Positions 1-9,063 of a stretch of 64,000 bases of DNA are shown one piece after another. Numbering within the stretch: position 1 is the stretch's first letter; each line of letters begins with the position of its first letter. The DNA lies in assembly GCA_964648665.1 (NCBI GenBank), contig CAZYOA010000006.1:24943-88942 (forward strand), in the 5' to 3' direction. A model generated the notes under the pieces. The model was not told where the DNA came from, did no database searches, and saw only the letters and a list, made by a program, of their open reading frames with translations. Source of the stretch: an uncultured Planctomycetales bacterium (GTDB lineage Bacteria > Omnitrophota > Gorgyraeia > Zapsychrales > Aceulaceae). A program made the position numbers and the translations under genes.

Positions 1-876
1 GGACCAATTACAGCTTCTGCGCTAGATGCGATTTATCGAGAAATCATGTCCTCATCTTTATCTTTAGAAAAGTCTTTAAAGATTGGTTATTTGGGTCCTC
101 AAGCATCGTATACGCATTTGGCAGCACGGAAGAAATTTGGATCGCAAGTTTCTTATGTTCCTTGTAGTAGTATTCCAGAAGTTTTTCAGAGAGTTGAAAA
201 AAATGATTGTGACTATGGTGTTGTTCCTATCGAGAATTCAATCGAAGGTGCCGTAACACATACACTTGATCCTTTAATTGATTCAGATTTAAAGATTTGT
301 GCTCATGTGATGCTTAATATTTCACATAATCTTTTATCTAAGGGGCCAATAGATAAAATAAAAGAAATTTATTCAAATCCACAAGTTTTTGGGCAATGCC
401 GAAATTGGATCCAAAATAATCTTTCTAAGGCAGAGCTGATTGAAGTGTCTTCAACGACGCGGGCGGCACAAATTGCATCTAAGAAAAAAACTTCGGCTTG
501 CATTGCATCGGCACTTGCAGCACAAGTTTACAATTTAGATATTTTAAAAAAAGGCATCGAAGATTTTTCGCATAACATTACACGTTTTTTAGTTATTGCT
601 AAAGATGATGTTTCTCCGACAGGAAAAGATCGAACTTCATTTTTGTTTTCGATTAAAGATAGAGTTGGGGCACTTCATGAAATGCTGATGCCATTTAGCC
701 GCAATAAAATTAATTTAACAAAAATAGAATCTCGTCCTTCTAAGAAAAGGGCATGGGATTATTACTTTTTTGTAGATTGCGAAGGTCATCGCATGGACAA
801 GAAAGTTCAAAAAGCATTAACACAACTGGAGGGGAAGTGTAAGTATCTTAAAATTTTAGGATCATACCCACTTTAA
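1..876 (+). CDS. pheA: Bifunctional chorismate mutase / prephenate dehydratase (P-protein), 5'-partial
   Basis: Frame 1 is open from nt 1 (GPITASALDAIYREI looks like the end of a chorismate-mutase domain, so the true start is outside the window). Prephenate dehydratase core (IGYLGPQASYTH, ITRFLVI) and C-terminal ACT domain (TSFLFSIKDRVGALHEML...NLTKIESRP). Confidence 0.9.
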   Translation, partial: GPITASALDAIYREIMSSSLSLEKSLKIGYLGPQASYTHLAARKKFGSQVSYVPCSSIPEVFQRVEKNDCDYGVVPIENSIEGAVTHTLDPLIDSDLKICAHVMLNISHNLLSKGPIDKIKEIYSNPQVFGQCRNWIQNNLSKAELIEVSSTTRAAQIASKKKTSACIASALAAQVYNLDILKKGIEDFSHNITRFLVIAKDDVSPTGKDRTSFLFSIKDRVGALHEMLMPFSRNKINLTKIESRPSKKRAWDYYFFVDCEGHRMDKKVQKALTQLEGKCKYLKILGSYPL

Positions 877-879
877 GAA

Positions 880-1965
880 ATGAAGAGTATCGCAAATAAA
901 AATATTTTTAAAGTTAAGCCGTATCTACCGGGAAAACCAATTGACGAGGTTAAGAGAAGCCTTGGATTAAGCGAGGTTTTTAAGCTTGCATCTAATGAAA
1001 ATCCATACCCTCCGTCTAAGAAGGTTATTGCTGCGATTTCAAAAGATTTAAAGAATCTCAATCGATACCCGGATGGAAGCTGTTTTTATTTAAGACAGGC
1101 TTTGGCAAAAAGACTTAAAGTTTCGCAGAAGCAAATTATTTTTGGAAATGGATCTGATGAGATTATCGTTATGGCTGCGCGCGCTTTTGCGGGTCGCGGT
1201 GATGAAGTGATTGTTGCACAACCAACATTTTTAATTTATCAAATTGCTTCACGGGGTACAGGGGCGACGATTAAATCTGTGCCTCAAAGAAACTTTCGAT
1301 ATGATTTGAAAGCGATGAAAAAAGCGGTGACACCAAAAACTAAGATTATTTTTATTGCAAATCCCGATAATCCTACGGGAACGTATGTTACAAAAAAGGA
1401 AGTTGAAGCATTTTTAAAAGGATTGCGAAAAAATATTCTTGTATTCTTTGATGAAGCGTATTTTGAATTTGTAAAAAAGAGTGATTATCCGGATACGCTT
1501 AAACTTTTAGAGAAGTATAAAAATATTATTGTAACGCGTACATTCTCAAAATTCTATAGCCTTGCTGGTTTGCGCATTGGTTACGGAATTGCTTCGGAAG
1601 AGATTGTTGACATTTTAAGTCGAGTACGTGAGCCGTTTAATGTAAATTCAGCGGCACAAGCAGGGGCTTTAGCTGGGCTTAATGATAAAAAGTATTATGA
1701 TGATATCTTGAAGGCTTTTGAAAAAGAAAAGAGATATCTTTATCAGCAATTGGAAAAATTAGGTTTATCATTTGTTGAGAGTTTTACAAATTTTGTTTTG
1801 ATTGATGTTCGTCAAGATAGTGTTGACATTTTTCAGAAACTTTTACACAAAGGAATCATTGTTCGCGACATGTCTTCGTGGGGACTTGATGGTTTCATTC
1901 GCGTGAGCATTGGAAAACCGAAAGAAAATAAACATTTTATTAGGGTATTAAAGGAGATTTTATGA
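880..1965 (+). CDS. hisC: Histidinol-phosphate/aromatic aminotransferase (class II, HisC family)
   Basis: ASNENPYPP motif and PLP-lysine context TFSKFYSLAGLRIGYG. Embedded between pheA and aroF/tyrA as in other aromatic clusters. Confidence 0.85.
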   Translation: MKSIANKNIFKVKPYLPGKPIDEVKRSLGLSEVFKLASNENPYPPSKKVIAAISKDLKNLNRYPDGSCFYLRQALAKRLKVSQKQIIFGNGSDEIIVMAARAFAGRGDEVIVAQPTFLIYQIASRGTGATIKSVPQRNFRYDLKAMKKAVTPKTKIIFIANPDNPTGTYVTKKEVEAFLKGLRKNILVFFDEAYFEFVKKSDYPDTLKLLEKYKNIIVTRTFSKFYSLAGLRIGYGIASEEIVDILSRVREPFNVNSAAQAGALAGLNDKKYYDDILKAFEKEKRYLYQQLEKLGLSFVESFTNFVLIDVRQDSVDIFQKLLHKGIIVRDMSSWGLDGFIRVSIGKPKENKHFIRVLKEIL

Positions 1966-2978
1966 TTGTTATTTTAAAGAAAACAGCAACGGAAAAACAG
2001 ATAGACCATATTTTAAAGAAAACAAAAAGCTTGGGACTTAAGGCTCATGTTTCTCGAGGAGTTGAGAGAACGGTTATTGGGTTTATTGGACCTGAAGATG
2101 TCTTGCGGGTAACGCCTTTGGAAATTTTTCCAGGCGTTGAGCAGGTTATGCCGGTTTTAGCACCTTATCGTCTTGTTTCGCGTGAATTTAAGAAGACGAA
2201 TTCAAAAGTTACAGTTAAAAAGGGTGTTAAGGTTGGAGACAAGAAAATTGTTGTAATGGCAGGTCCGTGTGCTGTTGAGAATAAGAAATCGCTTTTGTCG
2301 ATTGCAAAAAGTGTAAAAGCATCTGGCGCTAATGTTTTACGTGGAGGAGCATTTAAGCCGCGAACTTCTCCTTATGATTTTCAAGGATTAGGAGAGGAAG
2401 GGTTGAAGTATTTAAAAGAGGCTTCTGAGGAAACAGGTCTTGCGACTGTTACAGAAGTTATTGATCCTCGTCATGTAGAGCTTGTTGCTAAAAATGTTGA
2501 TATTTTGCAGGTGGGTGCACGAAATATGCAAAATTTCATTTTACTTAAAGAAATTGGAATGACTAAAAAGCCAGTATTGCTTAAGCGAGGCATGAGCGCA
2601 ACGATTAAAGAATGGTTGATGAGCGCTGAATACATTTTATCTGAAGGAAATTTTAATGTTATTTTGTGCGAGAGAGGTATCCGAACTTTTGAACCGTATA
2701 CACGCAATACATTAGATATTAATGCTGTTGCTGTTGTAAAGCAACTTTCTCATTTACCGATTATTGTTGATCCAAGTCATGGAACGGGTAAATGGGGTCT
2801 TGTGGCGAGTGGAGCTAAAGCGGCTGTTGCTGCTGGTGCTGATGGACTTATGATTGAAGTGCATGATAAACCCGAATCTGCGATGAGCGATGGAGGACAG
2901 TCATTGCTTCCGAAGAATTTCAATCAACTTGTTAAAGATTTGAAAAAAATATCAAAAGCTGTATCGAGAGACTTGTAA
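1962..2978 (+). CDS. aroF: 3-deoxy-7-phosphoheptulonate (DAHP) synthase, class I-beta with N-terminal ferredoxin-like regulatory domain
   Basis: GPCAVEN, KPRTSPY and VDPSHGTG motifs. The ~65-aa N-terminal domain MIVILKKTATEKQIDHILKK...ERTVIGFIG resembles Thermotoga-type DAHPS. ATGA overlap with hisC stop. Confidence 0.9.
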   Translation: MIVILKKTATEKQIDHILKKTKSLGLKAHVSRGVERTVIGFIGPEDVLRVTPLEIFPGVEQVMPVLAPYRLVSREFKKTNSKVTVKKGVKVGDKKIVVMAGPCAVENKKSLLSIAKSVKASGANVLRGGAFKPRTSPYDFQGLGEEGLKYLKEASEETGLATVTEVIDPRHVELVAKNVDILQVGARNMQNFILLKEIGMTKKPVLLKRGMSATIKEWLMSAEYILSEGNFNVILCERGIRTFEPYTRNTLDINAVAVVKQLSHLPIIVDPSHGTGKWGLVASGAKAAVAAGADGLMIEVHDKPESAMSDGGQSLLPKNFNQLVKDLKKISKAVSRDL

Positions 2979-2979
2979 A

Positions 2980-3840
2980 ATGAAAACAAAACAAAATTCT
3001 GTATTCTTTAAGAAAGTAACAATTATTGGAATCGGACTCTTAGGAGGCTCGATTGGTATGGCAATGAAAAAGAATCGCCTTTCTAGTGAAGTGACAGGAG
3101 TTTCTAGAAGACAAGCCACGCTAGGGTATGCTTTAAAGAAGAAGATTGTCGATAAAGCTTCGAGTAATATTGTTAAGTCTGTTCAGGGCGCAGACCTTGT
3201 TATTTTAGCGACTCCTGTTCAGACAATCGTTACACTTCTAGCAAATATTGGTAAACATCTTAAAAGAGGTTGTATTGTTATGGATGTGGGAAGTACGAAG
3301 ACGAGCATTATTGAGAATGCTGAGAAAAATTTGCCTCCACATGTTTATTTTGTTGGCACGCATCCTTTAGCTGGATCAGAAAAAAAAGGTGTGGAGTTTA
3401 GCAATCCAGATTTATTTAGAAATAGTTTTTGTGTTATGACGCCAACAGACAAAACAAATGCGCAAGCTAAGGAAAAGATAGCAACGCTTTGGTCTTTAAT
3501 TGGATCTGTTGTTAAAACAGTTTCGCCTGATGAGCATGATAAAATTTTAGCGTTTACAAGTCACGTTCCTCATCTTTTGGCGTATGCGTTGATTGATGCT
3601 ATTCCTGGAAAATATCTAGAATATGGATCAACAGGGTTAAAAGATACAACGCGTATTGCTGGATCAAGTCCTCAGTTATGGAATGATGTCTGCATGGAAA
3701 ACTCTAAAAATACTTTATTTGTCTTGGATGAAGTTGTTAAAGTTTTGTCTGGATACAGAAAAGCAATTGCATTGAAGGATCAACCGATTTTAATTGAAAG
3801 TTTTAAAAGATCAAAAAGTAAGCGCGATGGACTCAAATAA
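2980..3840 (+). CDS. tyrA: Prephenate dehydrogenase
   Basis: Rossmann motif IIGIGLLGGSIG, catalytic region GTHPLAGSEKKG; position in aromatic cluster. Confidence 0.85.
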   Translation: MKTKQNSVFFKKVTIIGIGLLGGSIGMAMKKNRLSSEVTGVSRRQATLGYALKKKIVDKASSNIVKSVQGADLVILATPVQTIVTLLANIGKHLKRGCIVMDVGSTKTSIIENAEKNLPPHVYFVGTHPLAGSEKKGVEFSNPDLFRNSFCVMTPTDKTNAQAKEKIATLWSLIGSVVKTVSPDEHDKILAFTSHVPHLLAYALIDAIPGKYLEYGSTGLKDTTRIAGSSPQLWNDVCMENSKNTLFVLDEVVKVLSGYRKAIALKDQPILIESFKRSKSKRDGLK

Positions 3841-4519
3841 CGAAATGCAAAAGAATGTGATTGTAGCTATTGATGGCCCGGCGGGTGCGGGCAAAAGTAC
3901 AATTGCAAAAGAAGTTTCAAAGCAGCTCGGATTTACATATCTTGATACCGGAGCGATGTATCGATCGTTGACTTTGAAAGCTTTGAATCAAGGTGTTAAT
4001 CTTGAAGATGATAAAGCGCTCGTTGTTTTGGCAAAAGATACGCATATTGATCTGCGTGCAGATGAAAGTCATAAGCTTAAGGTTTTTCTTGATGATAAAG
4101 ATGTTACAGATGATATCAGAACGACAGAAGTGACAAATAATACGTTTTATATTGCACGTGTTGCAGGTGTCAGAGAGATTATGGTTCATCGTCAACGCGA
4201 GATTGGTTCAGCCAGTAATATTGTTGCGGAAGGCCGAGATATTGGCACTGTTGTTTTTCCGAGTGCAGCCAAAAAGTTTTATCTTGATGCAAATCTTGAA
4301 GAGCGTGCTCAAAGACGCATTAAAGAGCTTCGTGAAAAAGGAAAGTTAGTTGAAGCAAATGAGATTCAAAATGATCTTAAGGATCGAGACACAAAAGATT
4401 TTACTCGCAAAGTAGGCCCTCTTAAGAAAGCCGAAGATGCGATTGTTATTGATTCGACGCACATGAGCATAGAACAAGTGACCCAAAAAATAATTGAATC
4501 TATTCGGCAAGATGGATAA
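3827..4519 (+). CDS. cmk: Cytidylate kinase
   Basis: P-loop IAIDGPAGAGKST and the cytidylate kinase family pattern. Start set at ATG 3827 because the ORF-track start at 3794 lies well inside tyrA; ATG 3845 is also possible. Confidence 0.9.
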   Translation: MDSNNEMQKNVIVAIDGPAGAGKSTIAKEVSKQLGFTYLDTGAMYRSLTLKALNQGVNLEDDKALVVLAKDTHIDLRADESHKLKVFLDDKDVTDDIRTTEVTNNTFYIARVAGVREIMVHRQREIGSASNIVAEGRDIGTVVFPSAAKKFYLDANLEERAQRRIKELREKGKLVEANEIQNDLKDRDTKDFTRKVGPLKKAEDAIVIDSTHMSIEQVTQKIIESIRQDG

Positions 4520-6302
4520 ATCCCTCATACGTAATTTTTCAATCATCGCCCATATCGATCACGGCAAGTCAACCTTGGCGGATCGTCTGATGTTGTCTAC
4601 GGGTGCGATCGACGAGCGTAAATTTCATAATCAAGTTTTAGATGATATGGATTTAGAGCGCGAGCGGGGCATTACAATTAAGGCTTCTGCTGTGCGTTTA
4701 AAGTATAAAGCAAATGATGGCAAAGAATATATTCTAAATCTTATTGATACTCCAGGGCATGTTGATTTTACTTATGAAGTTGAAAAATCATTGCGTGCAT
4801 GTGAAGGTGCTCTTTTAGTAGTTGACGCTTCTCAAGGCGTTGAATCACAAACAATCGGAAATTATTATCTTGCGATTGATAGTAATTTGGAGATGATTCC
4901 AGTTGTTAATAAAATTGATATTGCTAATATTGATATGAATATTGTTAAAACAGAGCTTAAAGAAATTTTTAATTTTAAGGAAGAAGATACTATCTTTGTT
5001 TCAGCAAAAGAGGGAATTGGAATTGAAGATGTTTTAGAAAAGATTGTTGAGTTTATTCCTTGCCCAGAAGGCAACGACGAAGATCCTACTCAAGCTCTAA
5101 TTTTTGATTCTAAATATGATACATATAAAGGGGTAGTTATTTATGTTCGCGTTATTAATGGTGTTTTAAGAAGCAACATGCGTATTAAAATGATGAATTT
5201 GGATAAAGAAGTAACAATTGAAGAGGTTGGTGTTTTTAATCCTGAAGTGCAAAAAGTAAAAGAGTTAACAAGCGGAGAAGTTGGATATATTACATGCAAT
5301 ATTCGCGATCCGCATGAAGTGCATGTTGGTGATACAGTTACAGATTCAAAAAATCCATGCAAAACCCCTTTAGACGGATATCGACAATTGAAGCCACTTG
5401 TTTTTGCTGGTGTTTATCCGGAGAATCCGGGTGAGTTTATGAATTTACGTGAATCTTTGGAGAAACTAAATTTAAATGATCCAAGCTTTGTGTATGAACC
5501 AGAATCTTCACAATCTTTTGGTCATGGATTTAGATGTGGATTTTTAGGTCTTTTACATATGGAAATTGTTCAGGAGCGTTTGCAGAGAGAATATAATTTA
5601 AACCTTATCTTAACAACGCCAAACGTAAGCTATCGAATTACGAAGAGAAATAAAGAAGTTGTCGAGATTGAAAGCCCTGCACAGCTTCCTGATCCCGCTG
5701 AGATTGCACAAATTGAAGAACCATATCTTTCGGTTTCCGTTTTTACTCCAGTGTCAATGATGGACGCTGTTATGGAAATGTCTAAACGTAAAAGAGCTGT
5801 TTATCAAGAGAGCTCATATGTTTCTGATCGTATGAAAATTATTTTTGATGTTCCATTATCAGAAGTTATTGTTGATTTTAATGATCTTGTTAAGTCGGCA
5901 ACAAGAGGATATGGGTCGATTGATTATGAGTTTAAAGGATACATGGTGACACAAGTTTTAAAATTAGATATTTTAATTAATGAAAAGATTTGTGATGCTT
6001 TTTCTTGTCTTGTTCACAAAGATCGTTCATATGAAAAAGGATCAAATCTTGTTTCGAAGTTAAAAGATTTGATTCCGCGACAACTTTTTGAGATTAAGAT
6101 TCAGGCGGCATGCAACGGTCGTATTCTTTCGAGTGCAAAAGTTAAATCTGTTGGTAAAAACGTAACAGCAAAATGTTACGGTGGAGATATTACGCGAAAA
6201 CGAAAATTATGGGAAAAGCAAAAAGAAGGTAAAAAACGTCTTAAACAAGTTGGAAGGGTAGAAATTCCGCAAGAAGCTTTTCTTGCTGTATTAAAAATAT
6301 AA
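4512..6302 (+). CDS. lepA: Elongation factor 4 (LepA)
   Basis: GTPase motifs AHIDHGKST, DTPGHVDF, NKID; LepA-specific C-terminal region. Start at ATG 4512 (MDKSLIRNFSIIAHIDHGKST), an 8-nt overlap with the cmk stop. Confidence 0.95.
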   Translation: MDKSLIRNFSIIAHIDHGKSTLADRLMLSTGAIDERKFHNQVLDDMDLERERGITIKASAVRLKYKANDGKEYILNLIDTPGHVDFTYEVEKSLRACEGALLVVDASQGVESQTIGNYYLAIDSNLEMIPVVNKIDIANIDMNIVKTELKEIFNFKEEDTIFVSAKEGIGIEDVLEKIVEFIPCPEGNDEDPTQALIFDSKYDTYKGVVIYVRVINGVLRSNMRIKMMNLDKEVTIEEVGVFNPEVQKVKELTSGEVGYITCNIRDPHEVHVGDTVTDSKNPCKTPLDGYRQLKPLVFAGVYPENPGEFMNLRESLEKLNLNDPSFVYEPESSQSFGHGFRCGFLGLLHMEIVQERLQREYNLNLILTTPNVSYRITKRNKEVVEIESPAQLPDPAEIAQIEEPYLSVSVFTPVSMMDAVMEMSKRKRAVYQESSYVSDRMKIIFDVPLSEVIVDFNDLVKSATRGYGSIDYEFKGYMVTQVLKLDILINEKICDAFSCLVHKDRSYEKGSNLVSKLKDLIPRQLFEIKIQAACNGRILSSAKVKSVGKNVTAKCYGGDITRKRKLWEKQKEGKKRLKQVGRVEIPQEAFLAVLKI

Positions 6303-6304
6303 TC

Positions 6305-7243
6305 ATGAAAAATAAAAAATTTGAATTTATATTAGGTGATTTAAACGTCGAGATGTTTCGAGACGTATTAAAAAAAAGAGTAAATATTAATGATATCTTG
6401 CTCAAGAATATCGTTGTAAATATTAACGAAATTGATCAGATTCCAGAAGAAGATTTTATTCGAAGCCTTAATTCTGTTTTGACAATGCGTTACTTGTATA
6501 AGCAAATTGATTTAGATTTGTATAAGAACTTTTTTAATGGAAGAACTAAGAAGTTGCTTAAGCGGGTTTCTTCGAAAGATGCCGTTCTTGAAGATCAGGA
6601 TCTTAGATATTTAAATAGATTTTTGCTTCAGACAATTTATCCTTATGCAATACGAAGAAAAATAATTGGATTCTTCGATAAAAATTCTCCTGCTCGAGAA
6701 TGGACAGAGTCTTTGATTATTGCTTTTGTTTTAGCCATGGTGATTCGCACTTTTGCGATTCAAGCATTTAAAATTCCTACGGGTTCAATGCGCATGACTT
6801 TAATCGAAGGGGATCGTATTTTGGTAAATAAGTTAAAGCTTGGACCAATGATTCCATTTAAGGATAAGCGAATTAAAGGGTATGGTGCTTTAAGTAGAGG
6901 AGATGTTGTTGTTTTTAAATATCCTGAGAATCCTAAAAGGGATTTTATTAAGCGTCTGATTGCGTTTCCAGGTGAAATTATTTCGATTCGAAATGGAGAT
7001 GTTTATATTGATGGTAAAAAAGTTGAGGACGAAGAAATAAAGAATATTTTTTATTATAATCGTGGTGATTATGGAGCATATAATCAGATTGTCAAAGTTC
7101 CAGAAAACTATTATTATGTTCTTGGAGACAATAGCGCTTCAAGTATGGATAGTCGGTTTTGGGGATTTGTTCCAGAAAACTATTTAATCGGTAAGGCTGA
7201 GGTTATTTATTGGCCTCCCAATAGAATTCGTGCTATAAAATAA
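6305..7243 (+). CDS. lepB: Signal peptidase I (S26 family) with long N-terminal extension
   Basis: TM WTESLIIAFVLAMVI, catalytic Ser in PTGSMRMTL, catalytic Lys in FIKRLIAFPGE, and the GDNSASSMDSRFWGFV box. The first ~130 aa have no recognisable motif. Confidence 0.85.
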   Translation: MKNKKFEFILGDLNVEMFRDVLKKRVNINDILLKNIVVNINEIDQIPEEDFIRSLNSVLTMRYLYKQIDLDLYKNFFNGRTKKLLKRVSSKDAVLEDQDLRYLNRFLLQTIYPYAIRRKIIGFFDKNSPAREWTESLIIAFVLAMVIRTFAIQAFKIPTGSMRMTLIEGDRILVNKLKLGPMIPFKDKRIKGYGALSRGDVVVFKYPENPKRDFIKRLIAFPGEIISIRNGDVYIDGKKVEDEEIKNIFYYNRGDYGAYNQIVKVPENYYYVLGDNSASSMDSRFWGFVPENYLIGKAEVIYWPPNRIRAIK

Positions 7244-7246
7244 ATT

Positions 7247-7498
7247 ATGAAAAATAAGCTTTATATCGTCATCTTTCTTTTTGTTTTTTTTCTTGGGTGT
7301 CAGACGGCATCTTCAGATAAGAATATTAAGAATTCTAATGAAACGATGCAGGATATGCATTCTGCGATTGAAGCTGTTGCCGATATTATGACAACAAATG
7401 AAATTAAAATTAAATATTGTCCAGTTTGTGGCAAACGTTTTAGCCCGAGTGTTGAAACTTGTCCGTATGATGGAGCAACTTTAAGATTGGTTGAGTAA
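7247..7498 (+). CDS. Small exported/lipoprotein-like protein with C-terminal zinc-ribbon-like motif
   Basis: N-terminal MKNKLYIVIFLFVFFLGCQ (signal peptide with a lipobox-like FLGC). C-terminal CPVCGKRFSPSVETCPYDGATL (CPxCG...CPxDG). Packed 3 nt from lepB and 2 nt from pgsA. Confidence 0.5.
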   Translation: MKNKLYIVIFLFVFFLGCQTASSDKNIKNSNETMQDMHSAIEAVADIMTTNEIKIKYCPVCGKRFSPSVETCPYDGATLRLVE

Positions 7499-7500
7499 TC

Positions 7501-8064
7501 ATGGGCATGACACTTGCAAACAAGCTAACTATTGGTCGCATTCTAGCGGTTCCTTTTTTTATTGCGGCATTAGTTTATTATACCCCGGAGTATGATTATC
7601 TTAGACATTGTGCGCTTTGGATTTTCTTAGTTGCTATTGTCACGGATGTTATTGATGGATACGTGGCTCGTAAACATCATCAAAAGACAGTTGCTGGAGC
7701 GATTTTAGATCCTTTGGCAGATAAGCTTTTGGTGATTAGCGCATTTGTTTGTTTATATTTTGTTCCAGGAGTTGCAACGGGTTTATTTCTTGTTCCAAAG
7801 GCTGTCTTGATTATTGTTATTAGTAGAGATGTTATTTTGCTTGTTGGATCGGCAATTATTTATCTTGTTAACGGATCTATTGATGTTGTTCCGACAAAAT
7901 GGGGAAAAGCAACAACGTTTTTTCAGGTAACTTCTATTGCTGCGATTCTTCTTCAAATACCTATTTTTCCAGCATTTTGGTATGGGATGTATTTTGTAAC
8001 GATTATTTCAGGATTAGGCTATATTAAAAATGGAGTAAAGGCGATCAATGCTTCAGCTTATTAA
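7501..8064 (+). CDS. pgsA: CDP-diacylglycerol--glycerol-3-phosphate 3-phosphatidyltransferase (CDP-alcohol phosphatidyltransferase family)
   Basis: CDP-alcohol transferase motif DVIDGYVARKHHQKTVAGAILDPLADK; polytopic membrane protein. Confidence 0.8.
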   Translation: MGMTLANKLTIGRILAVPFFIAALVYYTPEYDYLRHCALWIFLVAIVTDVIDGYVARKHHQKTVAGAILDPLADKLLVISAFVCLYFVPGVATGLFLVPKAVLIIVISRDVILLVGSAIIYLVNGSIDVVPTKWGKATTFFQVTSIAAILLQIPIFPAFWYGMYFVTIISGLGYIKNGVKAINASAY

Positions 8065-8683
8065 AATTATTCTTGGTTTAGGATTATCATATGTTCTTGG
8101 ATCTATCCCGACTGCATATATTGCAGGAAAATTTTATAAGGGCATTGATATTAGAGAACATGGTTCTCGAAATGTGGGTGCAACAAATGTTTTTAGGGTC
8201 TTAGGAAAAACTCCTGGAATCATTGTTCTTTGTGTTGATATTTTAAAAGGAGTTTTAGCCGTTGCGCTTGTTTCGAGCTTGCTAGGGCTTAATGAAAACA
8301 TTTTTTATATCTTATTTGGATTAGCGTCTGTTTGTGGGCATAATTGGACTTTATTTCTAAACTTCAAAGGAGGCAAGGGTGTTGCTACAAGCCTTGGAGT
8401 TTTGATTGGTCTTACTATTAAAGTTTCTTCAATTCGGGCTGTTTTGGCGTTGTCTCTTTTAATATGGTCGATTGTATTTGCTGGATTTGGTTACGTGTCT
8501 TTAGCTTCTATTGTATCTGTTATTTTTCTTCCTATTTTGATGCTTGTTTTCACCTCTTCTTTTGAGCTTATTGTTTTGGGAGTTGTTTTTTGTGTCTTTG
8601 TTGTGATTCGACATAGGCCTAATATTCAAAGACTTCTAGATGGCAAAGAGTCAAAAGTCAAAATGCCTTTTTTAAGGAGATAA
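8048..8683 (+). CDS. plsY: Glycerol-3-phosphate acyltransferase PlsY
   Basis: PlsY family motifs GSIPTAY, GSRNVGATN, HNWTLFLNFKGGKGVAT. Confidence 0.9.
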   Translation: MLQLIKIILGLGLSYVLGSIPTAYIAGKFYKGIDIREHGSRNVGATNVFRVLGKTPGIIVLCVDILKGVLAVALVSSLLGLNENIFYILFGLASVCGHNWTLFLNFKGGKGVATSLGVLIGLTIKVSSIRAVLALSLLIWSIVFAGFGYVSLASIVSVIFLPILMLVFTSSFELIVLGVVFCVFVVIRHRPNIQRLLDGKESKVKMPFLRR

Positions 8684-8709
8684 TCTTTAAAAATAGGGTT
8701 TTTAATCTG

Positions 8710-8749
8710 CGTTTTCTTTTTTAAAAAGAAAACGTTTTCTTTTTGTTTT
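8710..8749 (+). terminator. Rho-independent terminator candidate after plsY
   Basis: CGTTTTCTTT (8710-8719) pairs with AAAGAAAACG (8725-8734), followed by TTTTCTTTTTGTTTT. The stem is AT-rich and therefore weak. Confidence 0.55.
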
Positions 8750-8992
8750 ACCAAAATTTAATCAAAAATAGCTATTTTTTCTTAAGAAAATACATCTGTT
8801 ATTTCTTAATGTAGGCAAATTATTGATATTTCTCGACGAGAACATAGTTTTATCTATATTTCAAGAAAACGCTTTCTTCATATGGGTCATATGCGGTTGT
8901 TTTCGATATCTGCGATGATATACTCTCAATAGATTTGAAGCCACGGGAGAAAAAGAAATTATTAGTAATTGTCCCCACCAGCCATGGAGGGC

Positions 8993-9043
8993 AAAGTCGA
9001 GTTGCCCGAGGTGAAGAGCCGAAAAGCAACTCGGCTTTATTTT
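8993..9043 (+). terminator. Strong terminator-like hairpin (possible attenuator) immediately upstream of the SD of ORF 9064
   Basis: AAAGTCGAGTTGC (8993-9005) pairs over 13 bp (one G.U) with GCAACTCGGCTTT (9026-9038), around a 20-nt loop, then ATTTT. Competing helices GGGCAA 8989-8994/TTGCCC 9002-9007 and AGCCGA 9017-9022/TCGGCT 9031-9036 reuse the same bases. Confidence 0.55.
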
Positions 9044-9063
9044 AAACTTGGAGGAAGAAGGAT

